A stretch of 64,000 bases of DNA, from NCBI GenBank assembly GCA_902622845.1, contig CACNRI010000001.1, positions 364,678-428,677 of the forward strand, read 5' to 3'. Numbering within the stretch: position 1 is the stretch's first letter; every line of letters begins with the position of its first letter. The DNA is from an uncultured SAR86 cluster bacterium. Lineage in GTDB: Bacteria > Pseudomonadota > Gammaproteobacteria > Magnimaribacterales > D2472. The notes beneath the pieces are model-generated. The model saw nothing but the letters and a program-made list of their open reading frames with translations, made no database searches and was not told the origin of the DNA. Shown here piece after piece: positions 40,373 to 49,102 of this stretch. The position numbers and the translations under genes are program-made.

Positions 40373-41491
40373 TTGATTATTTCAGCTATTAAATCAAAAG
40401 ATGTTTCAGATAAAAGATCTGTCTTACATCCTGAAACTATTAAAAATTTAATTTCAAAAGGAATAGAAATAATTTTTGAGAGTGGTATTGGCGGTGGAAT
40501 ACATGTGGGCGATCAAACTTTTATAGATTTAGGAGCAAAACCAGTTAGCAGGGAAAGCTGTTTTTCCGATGCCGAAATAATTTTAACTCCAAGCCCAATT
40601 GATGATCATGAAGTCAAACTAATTGGTGGTGGTAAGACCTTAATGGGGATGGTGAGCCCATTTGAAAACCAAGAATTATTAAAAAATTTGTGTGATTCAA
40701 ATATAAATTTAGTATCAATGGAGTTTGTTCCAAGAATTACGCGTGCGCAAAAAATGGATGTTCTCAGCTCCCAGGCAAACTTAGCCGGCTATGTTGCCGT
40801 AATAGAATCTTCATCTTTATTATCAAGCGCTATGCCGATGATGATGACAGCTGCAGGGACCCTTAAGCCGGCAAGAGTTTTCGTTATTGGGGTTGGTGTG
40901 GCTGGCCTTCAAGCAATAGCAACAGCAAAGAGACTTGGAGCAAGAGTAGAGGCATTTGATACAAGATATGTTGTAGAAGAACAAGTTCAGTCATTGGGTG
41001 CAAAATTTGTAAAAATCGATTTAGGCGAGACAGGTGAGACTAGTCAAGGATATGCAAAGGAATTGACTGATGAGCAGCTGGCCAAACAAAAAGAACTACA
41101 ATCAAAAGTTTGTGAAAGATCAGATATTGTTATAACTACAGCTCAACTTTTTGGCAGACCAGCTCCACGAATAATTGATAATAGCACCATTAAAAAAATG
41201 AAAAGAGGAAGTGTGATTTTAGATATGGCTGTTGAATCTGGAGGAAATGTGGAGGGTTCAAAGGTTGATGAGATTGTAGAGGTTGATGGAGTCAAGATTG
41301 TTGGGATATCGAACCTTGCATCAAAAGTCGCCGGACATGCATCCTATGCTTTATCAAATAACTTTAATAACTGGCTATTAGAATTTTATGACGAGGAAAG
41401 TAAAAATATAAAATTTGATTTTGAAGATGAAATCATTTCAAACAGTGTTCTAGTTTTTGATGGCGAAGTAAAAAATGAGAGGTTCAAATAA
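40373..41491 (+). CDS. pntAA: NAD(P) transhydrogenase subunit alpha part 1
   Basis: 372-aa ORF with a TTG start and an AAGGG Shine-Dalgarno. It is an alanine-dehydrogenase-like dI domain with a Rossmann motif (VIGVGVAGLQAIATAKRLGA). Confidence 0.9.
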   Translation: MIISAIKSKDVSDKRSVLHPETIKNLISKGIEIIFESGIGGGIHVGDQTFIDLGAKPVSRESCFSDAEIILTPSPIDDHEVKLIGGGKTLMGMVSPFENQELLKNLCDSNINLVSMEFVPRITRAQKMDVLSSQANLAGYVAVIESSSLLSSAMPMMMTAAGTLKPARVFVIGVGVAGLQAIATAKRLGARVEAFDTRYVVEEQVQSLGAKFVKIDLGETGETSQGYAKELTDEQLAKQKELQSKVCERSDIVITTAQLFGRPAPRIIDNSTIKKMKRGSVILDMAVESGGNVEGSKVDEIVEVDGVKIVGISNLASKVAGHASYALSNNFNNWLLEFYDEESKNIKFDFEDEIISNSVLVFDGEVKNERFK

Positions 41492-41763
41492 TGGAAATAT
41501 ATATTTTGCTTGGGTTTGTTCTAATTCTTTCTATTTACCTTGGTCTTGAATTAATTTCAAAAGTTCCGAGCACTCTTCATACACCTTTAATGTCTGGTGC
41601 TAATGCTATCTCAGGAATTGCACTTGTTGGAGCATTAACCTTGACACAAGATACTTTTCTTCAAACTGTCATTGCATTTTTAGCTATAACATTTGCATCA
41701 ATTAATGTTTTTGGTGGCTATTTAGTTACAAATAGGATGCTGAGTATGTTCAAAAAGAAGTAA
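41491..41763 (+). CDS. pntAB: NAD(P) transhydrogenase subunit alpha part 2
   Basis: 90-aa membrane protein with three TM helices (PLMSGANAISGI) between pntAA and pntB. Confidence 0.85.
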   Translation: MEIYILLGFVLILSIYLGLELISKVPSTLHTPLMSGANAISGIALVGALTLTQDTFLQTVIAFLAITFASINVFGGYLVTNRMLSMFKKK

Positions 41764-41764
41764 C

Positions 41765-43147
41765 ATGGAAAATTTTGATATAACACTCTTACAAAACATC
41801 GCTTACATCTTTGCTGCAATATTGTTCATTACAGGTATCAAGATGCTTGGAAAAGAAGCAACAGCTCAGAGAGGCAATGTCATTTCGGCTTTTGGAATGT
41901 TTATAGCGATTATCGTTACAGCCATTAATATTGTTAATCCTTTTGTAGTCCTAGGTGGAATCTTACTAGGAGCTTTTATTGGCTCGGTGATTGCAGTTAG
42001 AGTTAAAATGACTTCAATCCCTGAAATGGTTGCTCTTTTCAATGGCTTTGGAGGATTAGCAACTTTCTTTATTGCTTGGTCTGAGATGGTCAATGCAAAT
42101 GATAATCTTTTCCAATATTTATTGGTAATACTTACAATTTATATTGGAGGAGTAACCTTCTCAGGAAGCTTGATCGCTTTCGGAAAGCTTTCTGAAAGGC
42201 TTAAAATCGGTAAGGGCAGTCTGGTTACAAACTTATTTATTTCTTTCTTCTACCTATCCTTAATTTCAATATTAGCAATGCTTGTCTTACCAATGATTGG
42301 AGGTTTGCCTTTTAATTTTGAAACAATTTTTTATATATATCTTGTATTAGTGATGCTTGGAGGAGTTGGTTTTGTTCTTCCGATAGGAGGTGGAGATATG
42401 CCAGTTGTAATATCGTTGCTTAATTCTCTTTCAGGAATTGCTGCAGCATTTGCTGGCTTGATTCTTGTCAATAATGTATTAATAGTTGCTGGCTCGCTTG
42501 TTGGTGCAAGTGGTTTAATCCTAACCATAATCATGGCAAAAGCTATGAATAGAACCATAGGGAATATTTTATTTGTTGGATATGCTGCCTCAAGTGCATC
42601 TCCAAGCTCTGAACAGGGTGAGGTTAAACCAATCAATGCTGAAGACGCTTTTTTAATTCTTGAAAATGCCTCATCAGTTTTAATTGTCCCTGGGTATGGA
42701 ATGGCAGTTGCTCAAGCACAGCATGTTGTAAGAGAGCTAGGCGAGCTCCTTGAGGAAAATGGTGCAGATGTTAAGTATGGCATTCATCCAGTCGCTGGAA
42801 GGATGCCTGGTCATATGAATGTATTGCTCGCTGAAGCCAATGTTTCTTATGATCTCCTTGCTGAACCAGATGATGTAAATCCAATGATGGATACCGTAGA
42901 TGTTGCAATTGTTATTGGGGCTAATGATGTTGTTAACCCATCTGCAACGGAAGAGCCAGGAAGTCCTATCTATGGAATGCCTATTCTTGAAGTAGCAAAT
43001 GCGAGAACAGTATTTGTTCTAAAGCGATCAATGTCTTCAGGGTTTGCAGGCGTACAAAATCCTTTATTTTTTAAGGAAAATACCAGAATGCTTTTTGGTG
43101 ACGCCAAAGAGTCAATAAGTGGACTTGTATCTGAATTCAAAGATTAA
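41765..43147 (+). CDS. pntB: NAD(P) transhydrogenase subunit beta
   Basis: 460-aa ORF with a multi-TM N-terminal half and a C-terminal NADP(H)-binding dIII domain (VPGYGMAVAQAQH, HPVAGRMPGHMNVLLAEA, GANDVVNP). Confidence 0.93.
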   Translation: MENFDITLLQNIAYIFAAILFITGIKMLGKEATAQRGNVISAFGMFIAIIVTAINIVNPFVVLGGILLGAFIGSVIAVRVKMTSIPEMVALFNGFGGLATFFIAWSEMVNANDNLFQYLLVILTIYIGGVTFSGSLIAFGKLSERLKIGKGSLVTNLFISFFYLSLISILAMLVLPMIGGLPFNFETIFYIYLVLVMLGGVGFVLPIGGGDMPVVISLLNSLSGIAAAFAGLILVNNVLIVAGSLVGASGLILTIIMAKAMNRTIGNILFVGYAASSASPSSEQGEVKPINAEDAFLILENASSVLIVPGYGMAVAQAQHVVRELGELLEENGADVKYGIHPVAGRMPGHMNVLLAEANVSYDLLAEPDDVNPMMDTVDVAIVIGANDVVNPSATEEPGSPIYGMPILEVANARTVFVLKRSMSSGFAGVQNPLFFKENTRMLFGDAKESISGLVSEFKD

Positions 43148-43342
43148 ATATAAAAGCTTTTATTGTTGGCAGCGTTTTTGAATAGCTCCTCTGTGCATGA
43201 TGTTAAACTAAAAGTCTTTTTGATGAAGCAAGCCATCTCATAGGAATTAAATATGAAGAATTTTGTGTTAAAGAGGATGTGCAAAGAACCGAATATTTTA
43301 AACAAAAGTAGAATTTTTGTTATAAAATGCAGATTCATTTTG

Positions 43343-43416
43343 GCTGGATGGCAGAGTGGTTATGCAGCGGCCTGCAAAGCCGTTTACTCCGGTTCGATTC
43401 CGGATTCAGCCTCCAA
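43343..43416 (+). tRNA. tRNA-Cys (GCA)
   Basis: 74 nt. The acceptor stem GGCTGGA/TTCAGCC pairs at all 7 positions. The anticodon loop is CTGCAAA, the T arm is CCGGTTCGATTCCGG, and the CCA is encoded. It is near-identical in layout to E. coli tRNA-Cys. Confidence 0.93.
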
Positions 43417-43501
43417 TATATATAAAACAATAATGTTTAGTAATGACATGAATATATATATAATAGGCAATAGAAATTCTTTAATACATATAAATTAAAT
43501 T

Positions 43502-43915
43502 GTGAAAATATTAGTCATGGGATTACCCGGGTCAGGTAAGACTTATCTTACAGAAAGATTAGCTCCACTCCTTGAGGCTGCTTGGTACAACGCTGATAAA
43601 GTGAGAGATATGGCTAATGATTGGGACTTTTCTGACGAAGGAAGAACAAGACAATCTCAAAGAATGAAAACCTTTGCAGATTTTGAAAAAAGTCATGGTA
43701 GATATGTTATTTGCGATTTTGTTTGTCCGACCAAGTTAACAAGGGAAAACTTTGATGCTGATATAACAATTTGGATGGACACCATTCAGGAAGGAAGATT
43801 TGAAGATACAAATAAGCTATTTCAAAATCCAGAAAATGTAAGCTTTCATATTAAAGAATGGAATGATAAGAACCATATAAATATTGCTTATGAAATTAAA
43901 AAAAATTATGTTTAA
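43502..43915 (+). CDS. adenylylsulfate (APS) kinase-like P-loop kinase
   Basis: 137-aa ORF with a GTG start and Walker A GLPGSGKT. ADKVRDMANDWDFSDEGRTRQSQRM...RYVICDFVCPTKLTRE parallels CysC DGDNVRHGL..DLGFSDADRKENIRR...VVLTAFISPHRAER. Confidence 0.62.
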   Translation: MKILVMGLPGSGKTYLTERLAPLLEAAWYNADKVRDMANDWDFSDEGRTRQSQRMKTFADFEKSHGRYVICDFVCPTKLTRENFDADITIWMDTIQEGRFEDTNKLFQNPENVSFHIKEWNDKNHINIAYEIKKNYV

Positions 43916-44297
43916 TTGGAAAAAACCAACTGTACAAATGCTAGGAAGATGGCAGCCATGGCACAATGGGCATCAAGAGTTATTTAAGAGGTGTGTTGCT
44001 AAAACCGGGCAAGTTATAATCCAGGTTAGAGATGTTCAAGGTTCATCGGGTGGAATAGGGCAAGATGACAACCCTTTTGATTGGGAAGCAGTCTGCAAAA
44101 ATATTGAAGATGGCCTGAAAAAAGATGGTTATACTAGGGGAAAAGAATATGAAATAATGCTGGTTCCAAATATTGTTAACATTACATATGGTAGGGGCGT
44201 TGGCTATTCTTTTGAAGAAGAAACATTTGAAAAATCTATCACAGATATAAGCGCTACGAAAATCAGAAAAAAACTCAGAGATGAAGGTAAGCTTTAA
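43908..44297 (+). CDS. small HIGH-superfamily (cytidylyltransferase-like) nucleotidyltransferase
   Basis: The preferred start ATG 43908 gives an 8-nt ATGTTTAA overlap with the kinase stop; the track start is 43884. It has the HxGH motif GRWQPWHNGH and the ISxTxIR motif ISATKIRKKL. Confidence 0.7.
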   Translation: MFNWKKPTVQMLGRWQPWHNGHQELFKRCVAKTGQVIIQVRDVQGSSGGIGQDDNPFDWEAVCKNIEDGLKKDGYTRGKEYEIMLVPNIVNITYGRGVGYSFEEETFEKSITDISATKIRKKLRDEGKL

Positions 44298-44310
44298 AAA
44301 AAAGATTCAT

Positions 44311-44329
44311 AATATCTTTTAAAGATATT
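44311..44329. repeat. 19-nt AT-rich perfect palindrome (AATATCTTT-T-AAAGATATT) 14 nt after the nucleotidyltransferase stop
   Basis: Read directly from the sequence. It has 9-nt arms around one central base. It could be a weak terminator or a protein-binding site; the function is not established. Confidence 0.4.
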
Positions 44330-44371
44330 TCCTTTATAAAGAAGTATAATTTTTGTTAACTTAATGTATAA

Positions 44372-44458
44372 GCCCGAGTGGTGGAATTAGCAGACATAAG
44401 GAATTTAGAATACCTCGATAGAAATATCATGCTGATTCAAGTCGGGCCTCTGGTACCA
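44372..44458 (+). tRNA. tRNA-Leu (UAG)-like element; T stem and D loop compromised, possibly a pseudogene
   Basis: 87 nt, the same length as tRNA-Leu-UAA at 61727 and identical at about 65/87 positions. The anticodon loop is TTTAGAA. The acceptor and variable arms are kept by compensatory changes. The T stem has only 3 of 5 pairs, the anticodon stem has an A-A mismatch and G18 is lost. Confidence 0.5.
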
Positions 44459-44468
44459 CATATAAAAA

Positions 44469-45152
44469 ATGATATTTACAGAATCATTAATATATATTCA
44501 TACCCCAAAGACGGCTGGAATGTCACTACAAAGTTTTTTAGTCCAACATCTCATTGCTGAAAAAATATACCTTGTGACAGAATCCAAAGAAAATGATTTA
44601 AATAAACTTAAAGATTATGGAAGAAATATTGAGTGGATTCATGGTGGAAGACATCTAAACATAGATGAAAGCATGGAAATTTATAGAACGAAATTTTCAA
44701 CGGAACCAAAAATAATACTTACAATAATAAGAGAGCCAGTTGAAATTATATATTCGTATTATCATCATCTTTTAAAACCTAGCGTATTAAAGTTTAGAGG
44801 AATGACAGAAGAAAATATGTGGGGTGATCCCAAAAGAGCAAGAGAATTGAATTTTAATGATTTTGCATCTAAGCCAAATTGCTTTTATGCAATGAGCGAT
44901 GAAAAATTGATGAGGTATTATGAATCATTTGAAGATTTAAATATTGAGATAGTACCTTTACCTTATCTCAATAGATATTTGAGTAACTTTCAATACCTCA
45001 AGGATGAAAAAACAGAAATGGAAAAAAGAAATGCCTCAACGAAAACAAATCAAGTTATTAAGAATAAAACAAAAGAAATTATTTATAATAATTATGAAAG
45101 ATTTTCAAAAAAATATCTTGAAATAGAAAAAAAATTTAGATTAAGTGTTTAG
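44469..45152 (+). CDS. sulfotransferase family protein
   Basis: 227-aa ORF starting 10 nt after the tRNA-like element. It has a 5'-PSB loop (IHTPKTAGMS) and a 3'-PB motif (IIREPVEIIYSYYHH), both typical of PAPS-dependent sulfotransferases. Confidence 0.68.
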   Translation: MIFTESLIYIHTPKTAGMSLQSFLVQHLIAEKIYLVTESKENDLNKLKDYGRNIEWIHGGRHLNIDESMEIYRTKFSTEPKIILTIIREPVEIIYSYYHHLLKPSVLKFRGMTEENMWGDPKRARELNFNDFASKPNCFYAMSDEKLMRYYESFEDLNIEIVPLPYLNRYLSNFQYLKDEKTEMEKRNASTKTNQVIKNKTKEIIYNNYERFSKKYLEIEKKFRLSV

Positions 45153-45479
45153 CTTAAATTTTTTCTGTCTTAATAGATATATGAGTATGAATTCCCAATA
45201 AAATTTCATAAATAATACAGACTGGACAATTAAGAGAGATTTTCAAGAAAACTTATTGAATCCAAGTTGAAATCTAAGTCAATCAAATTCAATATCATTA
45301 CACAAACAATCTATATCTTTTCGAATTCAATATTAGAGCATTATTTTTCTAGAATTTATATTACTTGTTTATTAGTATAAAGGTTGAATCAAACAGGCAT
45401 TTCAGGACAGTTTCATGATAAAATTAAAATGTAAATTTGGTCTTAATTTATCAAATTTTTTACTATAAAACCCTTAAAA

Positions 45480-48017
45480 ATGTCAGATTTTGCTAAAGAA
45501 ATTCTTCCTGTAAATATTGAGGACGAATTAAAACAATCGTATCTTAGCTATGCAATGAGCGTCATTCATGGCAGAGCACTTCCTGATGTTAGAGATGGTT
45601 TAAAACCCGTTCATAGAAGGATTCTTTATGCGATGCATGATTTAAAAAATAACTACAATAAACCCTATAAAAAATCAGCCAGAGTTGTTGGTGATGTTAT
45701 TGGTAAATATCATCCTCATGGAGATTCTGCTGCATATGACGCAATTGTTAGGATGGCCCAAGATTTCTCAATGAGATATACCCTAATACAAGGTCAGGGT
45801 AACTTTGGTTCTATAGATGGTGATCCTCCAGCAGCTATGAGGTATACAGAGGTTAGAATGCAAAAGATCTCTGACGAGATTCTGGCAGATTTAGAAAAAG
45901 AAACGGTTTCATTCTCAGAAAATTATGATGGCTCTGAGCAAATGCCTGATGTAATGCCAACCAAAATACCAAATCTTTTAATTAATGGATCCTCAGGAAT
46001 TGCAGTAGGCATGGCTACAAATGTTCCTCCGCATAATCTTACTGAAGTTATAAAAGGTTCTTTAAAGCTACTTGAGAATCCAAAACTATCTATTGATCAG
46101 ATCATTGATTCAATTAGCGGCCCTGATTTTCCAACTGGGGGTATCATTGATGGGAAAATGGGTATCTACGAGGCATATAAAACTGGAAGAGGAATAATTT
46201 ATGTCAGATCTAAATCAAAAGTAGAGGAAAGCAAAACCGGAAAGAAATCTCTTGTTATCTATGAAATACCTTTCATGGTAAATAAGGCTAGAACACTTGA
46301 GAAAATTGCAGAACTTGTCAAAGAGAAAAAGATTGATGGAATTAGTGAAATTAGAGACGAAAGTGATAAAGATGGGCTAAGAATAGTTATCGATGTTAAG
46401 AAGGGGGAGTCTGTTGAAGTATTAGAAAATAATCTTTTTGCTCAGACTCAACTTGAGCAGTCATTTGGAATTAACTTCACTGTCTTGGTAGATGGGCAAC
46501 CAAAGGTTCTGAATTTAAAAGAAATTCTTCAAGAATTCCTAAAACATAGAAAAGACGTTGTTTTAAAAAGAACAAAATTCGAGCTTAGAAAGGCTAAAGA
46601 AAGAGGTCATATTGTAGAAGGCTTAATGGTTGCCATTGCTAATATCGATGAAATCATAAAGATTATTAAAAAATCAAAGGATCCAAAGATAGCAGCTCAA
46701 GAGTTAGTTAAAAAGAAATGGAAAGCTGGTCTTGTTGAAGCAATTCTTAAGAAAGTAGGAAAAGATGCATGTAAGCCAAAGGGTGTAGCAAAAGGCGTTG
46801 GGTTAACAGGGAAATCCTATAAACTTTCTAATGATCAGGCAAAAGCTATTCTTGAATTAAGGCTTGGAAGACTAACAGGGCTTGAGCAAGACAATCTATC
46901 AGGCGAATTTAATTCTTTGATTGAAAAGATTACCTCACTTCAAAAAATCATCGATGATAAAGGAGTCCTTCAAAAAGTTATAGAAGATGAGCTTAATGAA
47001 ATTAAAGAAACTTATGGCGATGATAGAAGAACAGATATTAATGATACAAGACAAGATATTTCAAATGAAGATTTGATACCAGAGGAAACAAGAGTACTAA
47101 CAATATCAAGAACAGGATACGCAAAGACTCAACCACTTGAGGAATATAGAGAGCAGAGGAGAGGAGGTCAGGGCAAAGCTGCTGCTTCAGTTAAAGAAGA
47201 AGATGTTATTCAAAATCTTTATGTATTAAGCAGTCATTCACAAATGCTTTGTTTTACAACAAAAGGTAAGGTTTATTGGCTGAAGGTGTATGAAGTCCCT
47301 GTAGCAAGCAGAACATCAAAAGGAAGACCTCTTGTTAATATGCTTAATTTAGATGATGACGAAAAGGTGAGTGATATTTTACCTGTTGATGAGTTTTCAG
47401 AGGATAGATATGTTTTCATGGCAACTAGAAAGGGGACAACTAAAAAAACACAATTAAGCTTTTTTGCAAAAAAATATAAATCAGGAATTAAAGCAATTAA
47501 TTTAGATGCCGATGATGAACTTATTGGCTCAGCAATTACAAATGGAGATGATGAAATACTTTTGGCTTCCTCAGCAGGAAAGCTAATAAGATTTTCAGAG
47601 AAGAAAGTAAGACCAATGGGCAGAGCAGCCAGAGGGGTAAGAGGAATGCGTATCAAAAAAGATCAACAGATTATTTCTTTAATGGTTGCAGATAATGAAA
47701 AAGAGATTCTATGTGTTTCTGAAAATGGGTTTGGAAAAAAGACACCAGTTGATGACTTTCCAACACATAATCGAGGAGGCCAGGGTGTAATTTCTATAAA
47801 AACTAGTGAAAGGAATGGGCTCATGGTTGCATCAACTCTCGTTGATAATAATGACGGAATAATGCTTATAAGCGATAAAGGAACAATGATCAGAACCTCT
47901 GCTGAACAAATACCAACAATCAGTAGAAATACTCAAGGTGTAAAGATAATTACTCCAAAAGAGGGTGAGAAAATCCTTGAATGTGTAAGGATAGATCCTG
48001 AAGATGAGGAAGAATGA
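45480..48017 (+). CDS. gyrA: DNA gyrase subunit A
   Basis: 845-aa ORF with the active-site region AAMRYTE and a QRDR-type segment ([14 protein letters not shown]), followed by C-terminal beta-pinwheel repeats. Confidence 0.97.
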   Translation: MSDFAKEILPVNIEDELKQSYLSYAMSVIHGRALPDVRDGLKPVHRRILYAMHDLKNNYNKPYKKSARVVGDVIGKYHPHGDSAAYDAIVRMAQDFSMRYTLIQGQGNFGSIDGDPPAAMRYTEVRMQKISDEILADLEKETVSFSENYDGSEQMPDVMPTKIPNLLINGSSGIAVGMATNVPPHNLTEVIKGSLKLLENPKLSIDQIIDSISGPDFPTGGIIDGKMGIYEAYKTGRGIIYVRSKSKVEESKTGKKSLVIYEIPFMVNKARTLEKIAELVKEKKIDGISEIRDESDKDGLRIVIDVKKGESVEVLENNLFAQTQLEQSFGINFTVLVDGQPKVLNLKEILQEFLKHRKDVVLKRTKFELRKAKERGHIVEGLMVAIANIDEIIKIIKKSKDPKIAAQELVKKKWKAGLVEAILKKVGKDACKPKGVAKGVGLTGKSYKLSNDQAKAILELRLGRLTGLEQDNLSGEFNSLIEKITSLQKIIDDKGVLQKVIEDELNEIKETYGDDRRTDINDTRQDISNEDLIPEETRVLTISRTGYAKTQPLEEYREQRRGGQGKAAASVKEEDVIQNLYVLSSHSQMLCFTTKGKVYWLKVYEVPVASRTSKGRPLVNMLNLDDDEKVSDILPVDEFSEDRYVFMATRKGTTKKTQLSFFAKKYKSGIKAINLDADDELIGSAITNGDDEILLASSAGKLIRFSEKKVRPMGRAARGVRGMRIKKDQQIISLMVADNEKEILCVSENGFGKKTPVDDFPTHNRGGQGVISIKTSERNGLMVASTLVDNNDGIMLISDKGTMIRTSAEQIPTISRNTQGVKIITPKEGEKILECVRIDPEDEEE

Positions 48018-49102
48018 GGAATTGGAATTTTTGTGCTGGTCCTGCCGCAATTCCTGAAGAAGTATTAATAGAAGCGCAAAACGAACTCTTGGAGTGGGGC
48101 CTCTCTGGTGCTTCAGTCATGGAGGTCAGTCATCGGTCTGATTTATTTGCTGAAGTTGCAGCCTCTTCAACTAAAGATATAAAAGCTCTTTTAAATATTG
48201 GAGACGACCATGAAGTTCTTTTTCTGCAAGGCGGAGCAACTCTCCAATTTACATCTGTTCCATTAAACTTCACTAAAAAAAGTTCTATTGTAAGCTACCT
48301 AAATACCGGAGTATGGTCAAAAAAAGCTATAAAGGCTGCATCAAAATATGCCTCAGTTAATGTTGTTGCATCTTCAGAAGAATCAAACTATACATATGTT
48401 CCTAGTACTCAAGAATGGAGAGTAGATTCCGATAGCATTTATTTTCATTATGTTATGAATGAGACAATACAGGGGCTTGCAATCCGAGATCCAATCTCAT
48501 CTGAGATACCTGTTATTTGTGATATGTCTTCATGCATACTAAGTGAAGAAGTTGATTTTCATAACCTTGATCTTGTATACGCGGGCGCTCAAAAGAATAT
48601 TGGCCCTGCTGGATTAACTTTAGTAATCATAAAAAAAGATTTTCTAGAAAAAGCTAATGAAGATATTCCTGACATTCTTAGTTATAAAAAAAATAGTCAG
48701 GCAGGCTCTATGTTAAATACTCCACCTACTTTTGCATGGTACCTTGCAGGAAAAGTATTTAAATGGCTTTTAAAAAAAGGCGGAGTAAAAAGTATCCAAA
48801 AAGAAAATGAAAAAAAAGCAAAGCTACTATATGACTTTATAGATTCCTCTTCTTTTTACTCAAATCCTGTTGAGAAAGAATATCGATCAATTATGAATGT
48901 TCCTTTTCTTCTTGATGATCAGAATGCTGATTCTTCATTTCTTGAAAAGGCAGAAATAACAGGCCTCTTAAATCTAAAAGGTCACAGATCAGTTGGAGGT
49001 ATGCGTGCAAGTATATATAATGCTACTCCGTTTGAAGCTGTGGAGGATTTAGTTTCTTTCATGAGTGATTTTGAGAGACGCTATACTGGGAATGGAAAAT
49101 AA
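48014..49102 (+). CDS. serC: phosphoserine aminotransferase
   Basis: 362-aa ORF with a 4-nt overlap with gyrA. It shows the SerC pattern ([26 protein letters not shown]). It lies in the conserved gyrA-serC-pheA order. Confidence 0.93.
   Translation: MRNWNFCAGPAAIPEEVLIEAQNELLEWGLSGASVMEVSHRSDLFAEVAASSTKDIKALLNIGDDHEVLFLQGGATLQFTSVPLNFTKKSSIVSYLNTGVWSKKAIKAASKYASVNVVASSEESNYTYVPSTQEWRVDSDSIYFHYVMNETIQGLAIRDPISSEIPVICDMSSCILSEEVDFHNLDLVYAGAQKNIGPAGLTLVIIKKDFLEKANEDIPDILSYKKNSQAGSMLNTPPTFAWYLAGKVFKWLLKKGGVKSIQKENEKKAKLLYDFIDSSSFYSNPVEKEYRSIMNVPFLLDDQNADSSFLEKAEITGLLNLKGHRSVGGMRASIYNATPFEAVEDLVSFMSDFERRYTGNGK

Noticed and set aside
43150-43163. Perfect 14-nt palindrome ATAAAAGCTTTTAT just after the pntB stop, considered as a terminator
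   Set aside because: It has no loop, and only the central G-C/C-G pairs are strong. The stability expected of an intrinsic terminator is lacking.
43253-43498. 81-aa ORF spanning tRNA-Cys, and the 64-aa minus-strand ORF at 43144-43338
   Set aside because: The first reads straight through a canonical tRNA gene. The second occupies AT-rich spacer, is Phe/Ile/Lys-rich and lacks a start context.
44378-44560. 60-aa ORF overlapping the tRNA-Leu-like element and the sulfotransferase start
   Set aside because: It begins inside the tRNA-like sequence and runs out of frame across the sulfotransferase PAPS-loop region. The sulfotransferase frame carries the conserved motifs.
43343-45479. Classic integrase-mediated genomic island at tRNA-Cys
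   Set aside because: There is no integrase, transposase or excisionase ORF. I found no direct repeat of the tRNA-Cys 3' end at the far boundary. I kept the region as a cassette of probable foreign origin, without calling it a mobile element.
47273-47656. 127-aa ORF antisense within gyrA
   Set aside because: It lies wholly inside the well-conserved gyrA C-terminal domain on the opposite strand. Its composition is Ser/Leu/Phe-rich, which is typical of antisense translation of AT-rich coding DNA.
49065-49091. Longer N-terminal extension of pheA (MILRDAILG...) suggested by the ORF track
   Set aside because: The extension lies inside the serC coding end. The chorismate mutase helix begins right after the internal Met ([16 protein letters not shown]), so the start at 49092 is more plausible. 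I cannot exclude the longer form.
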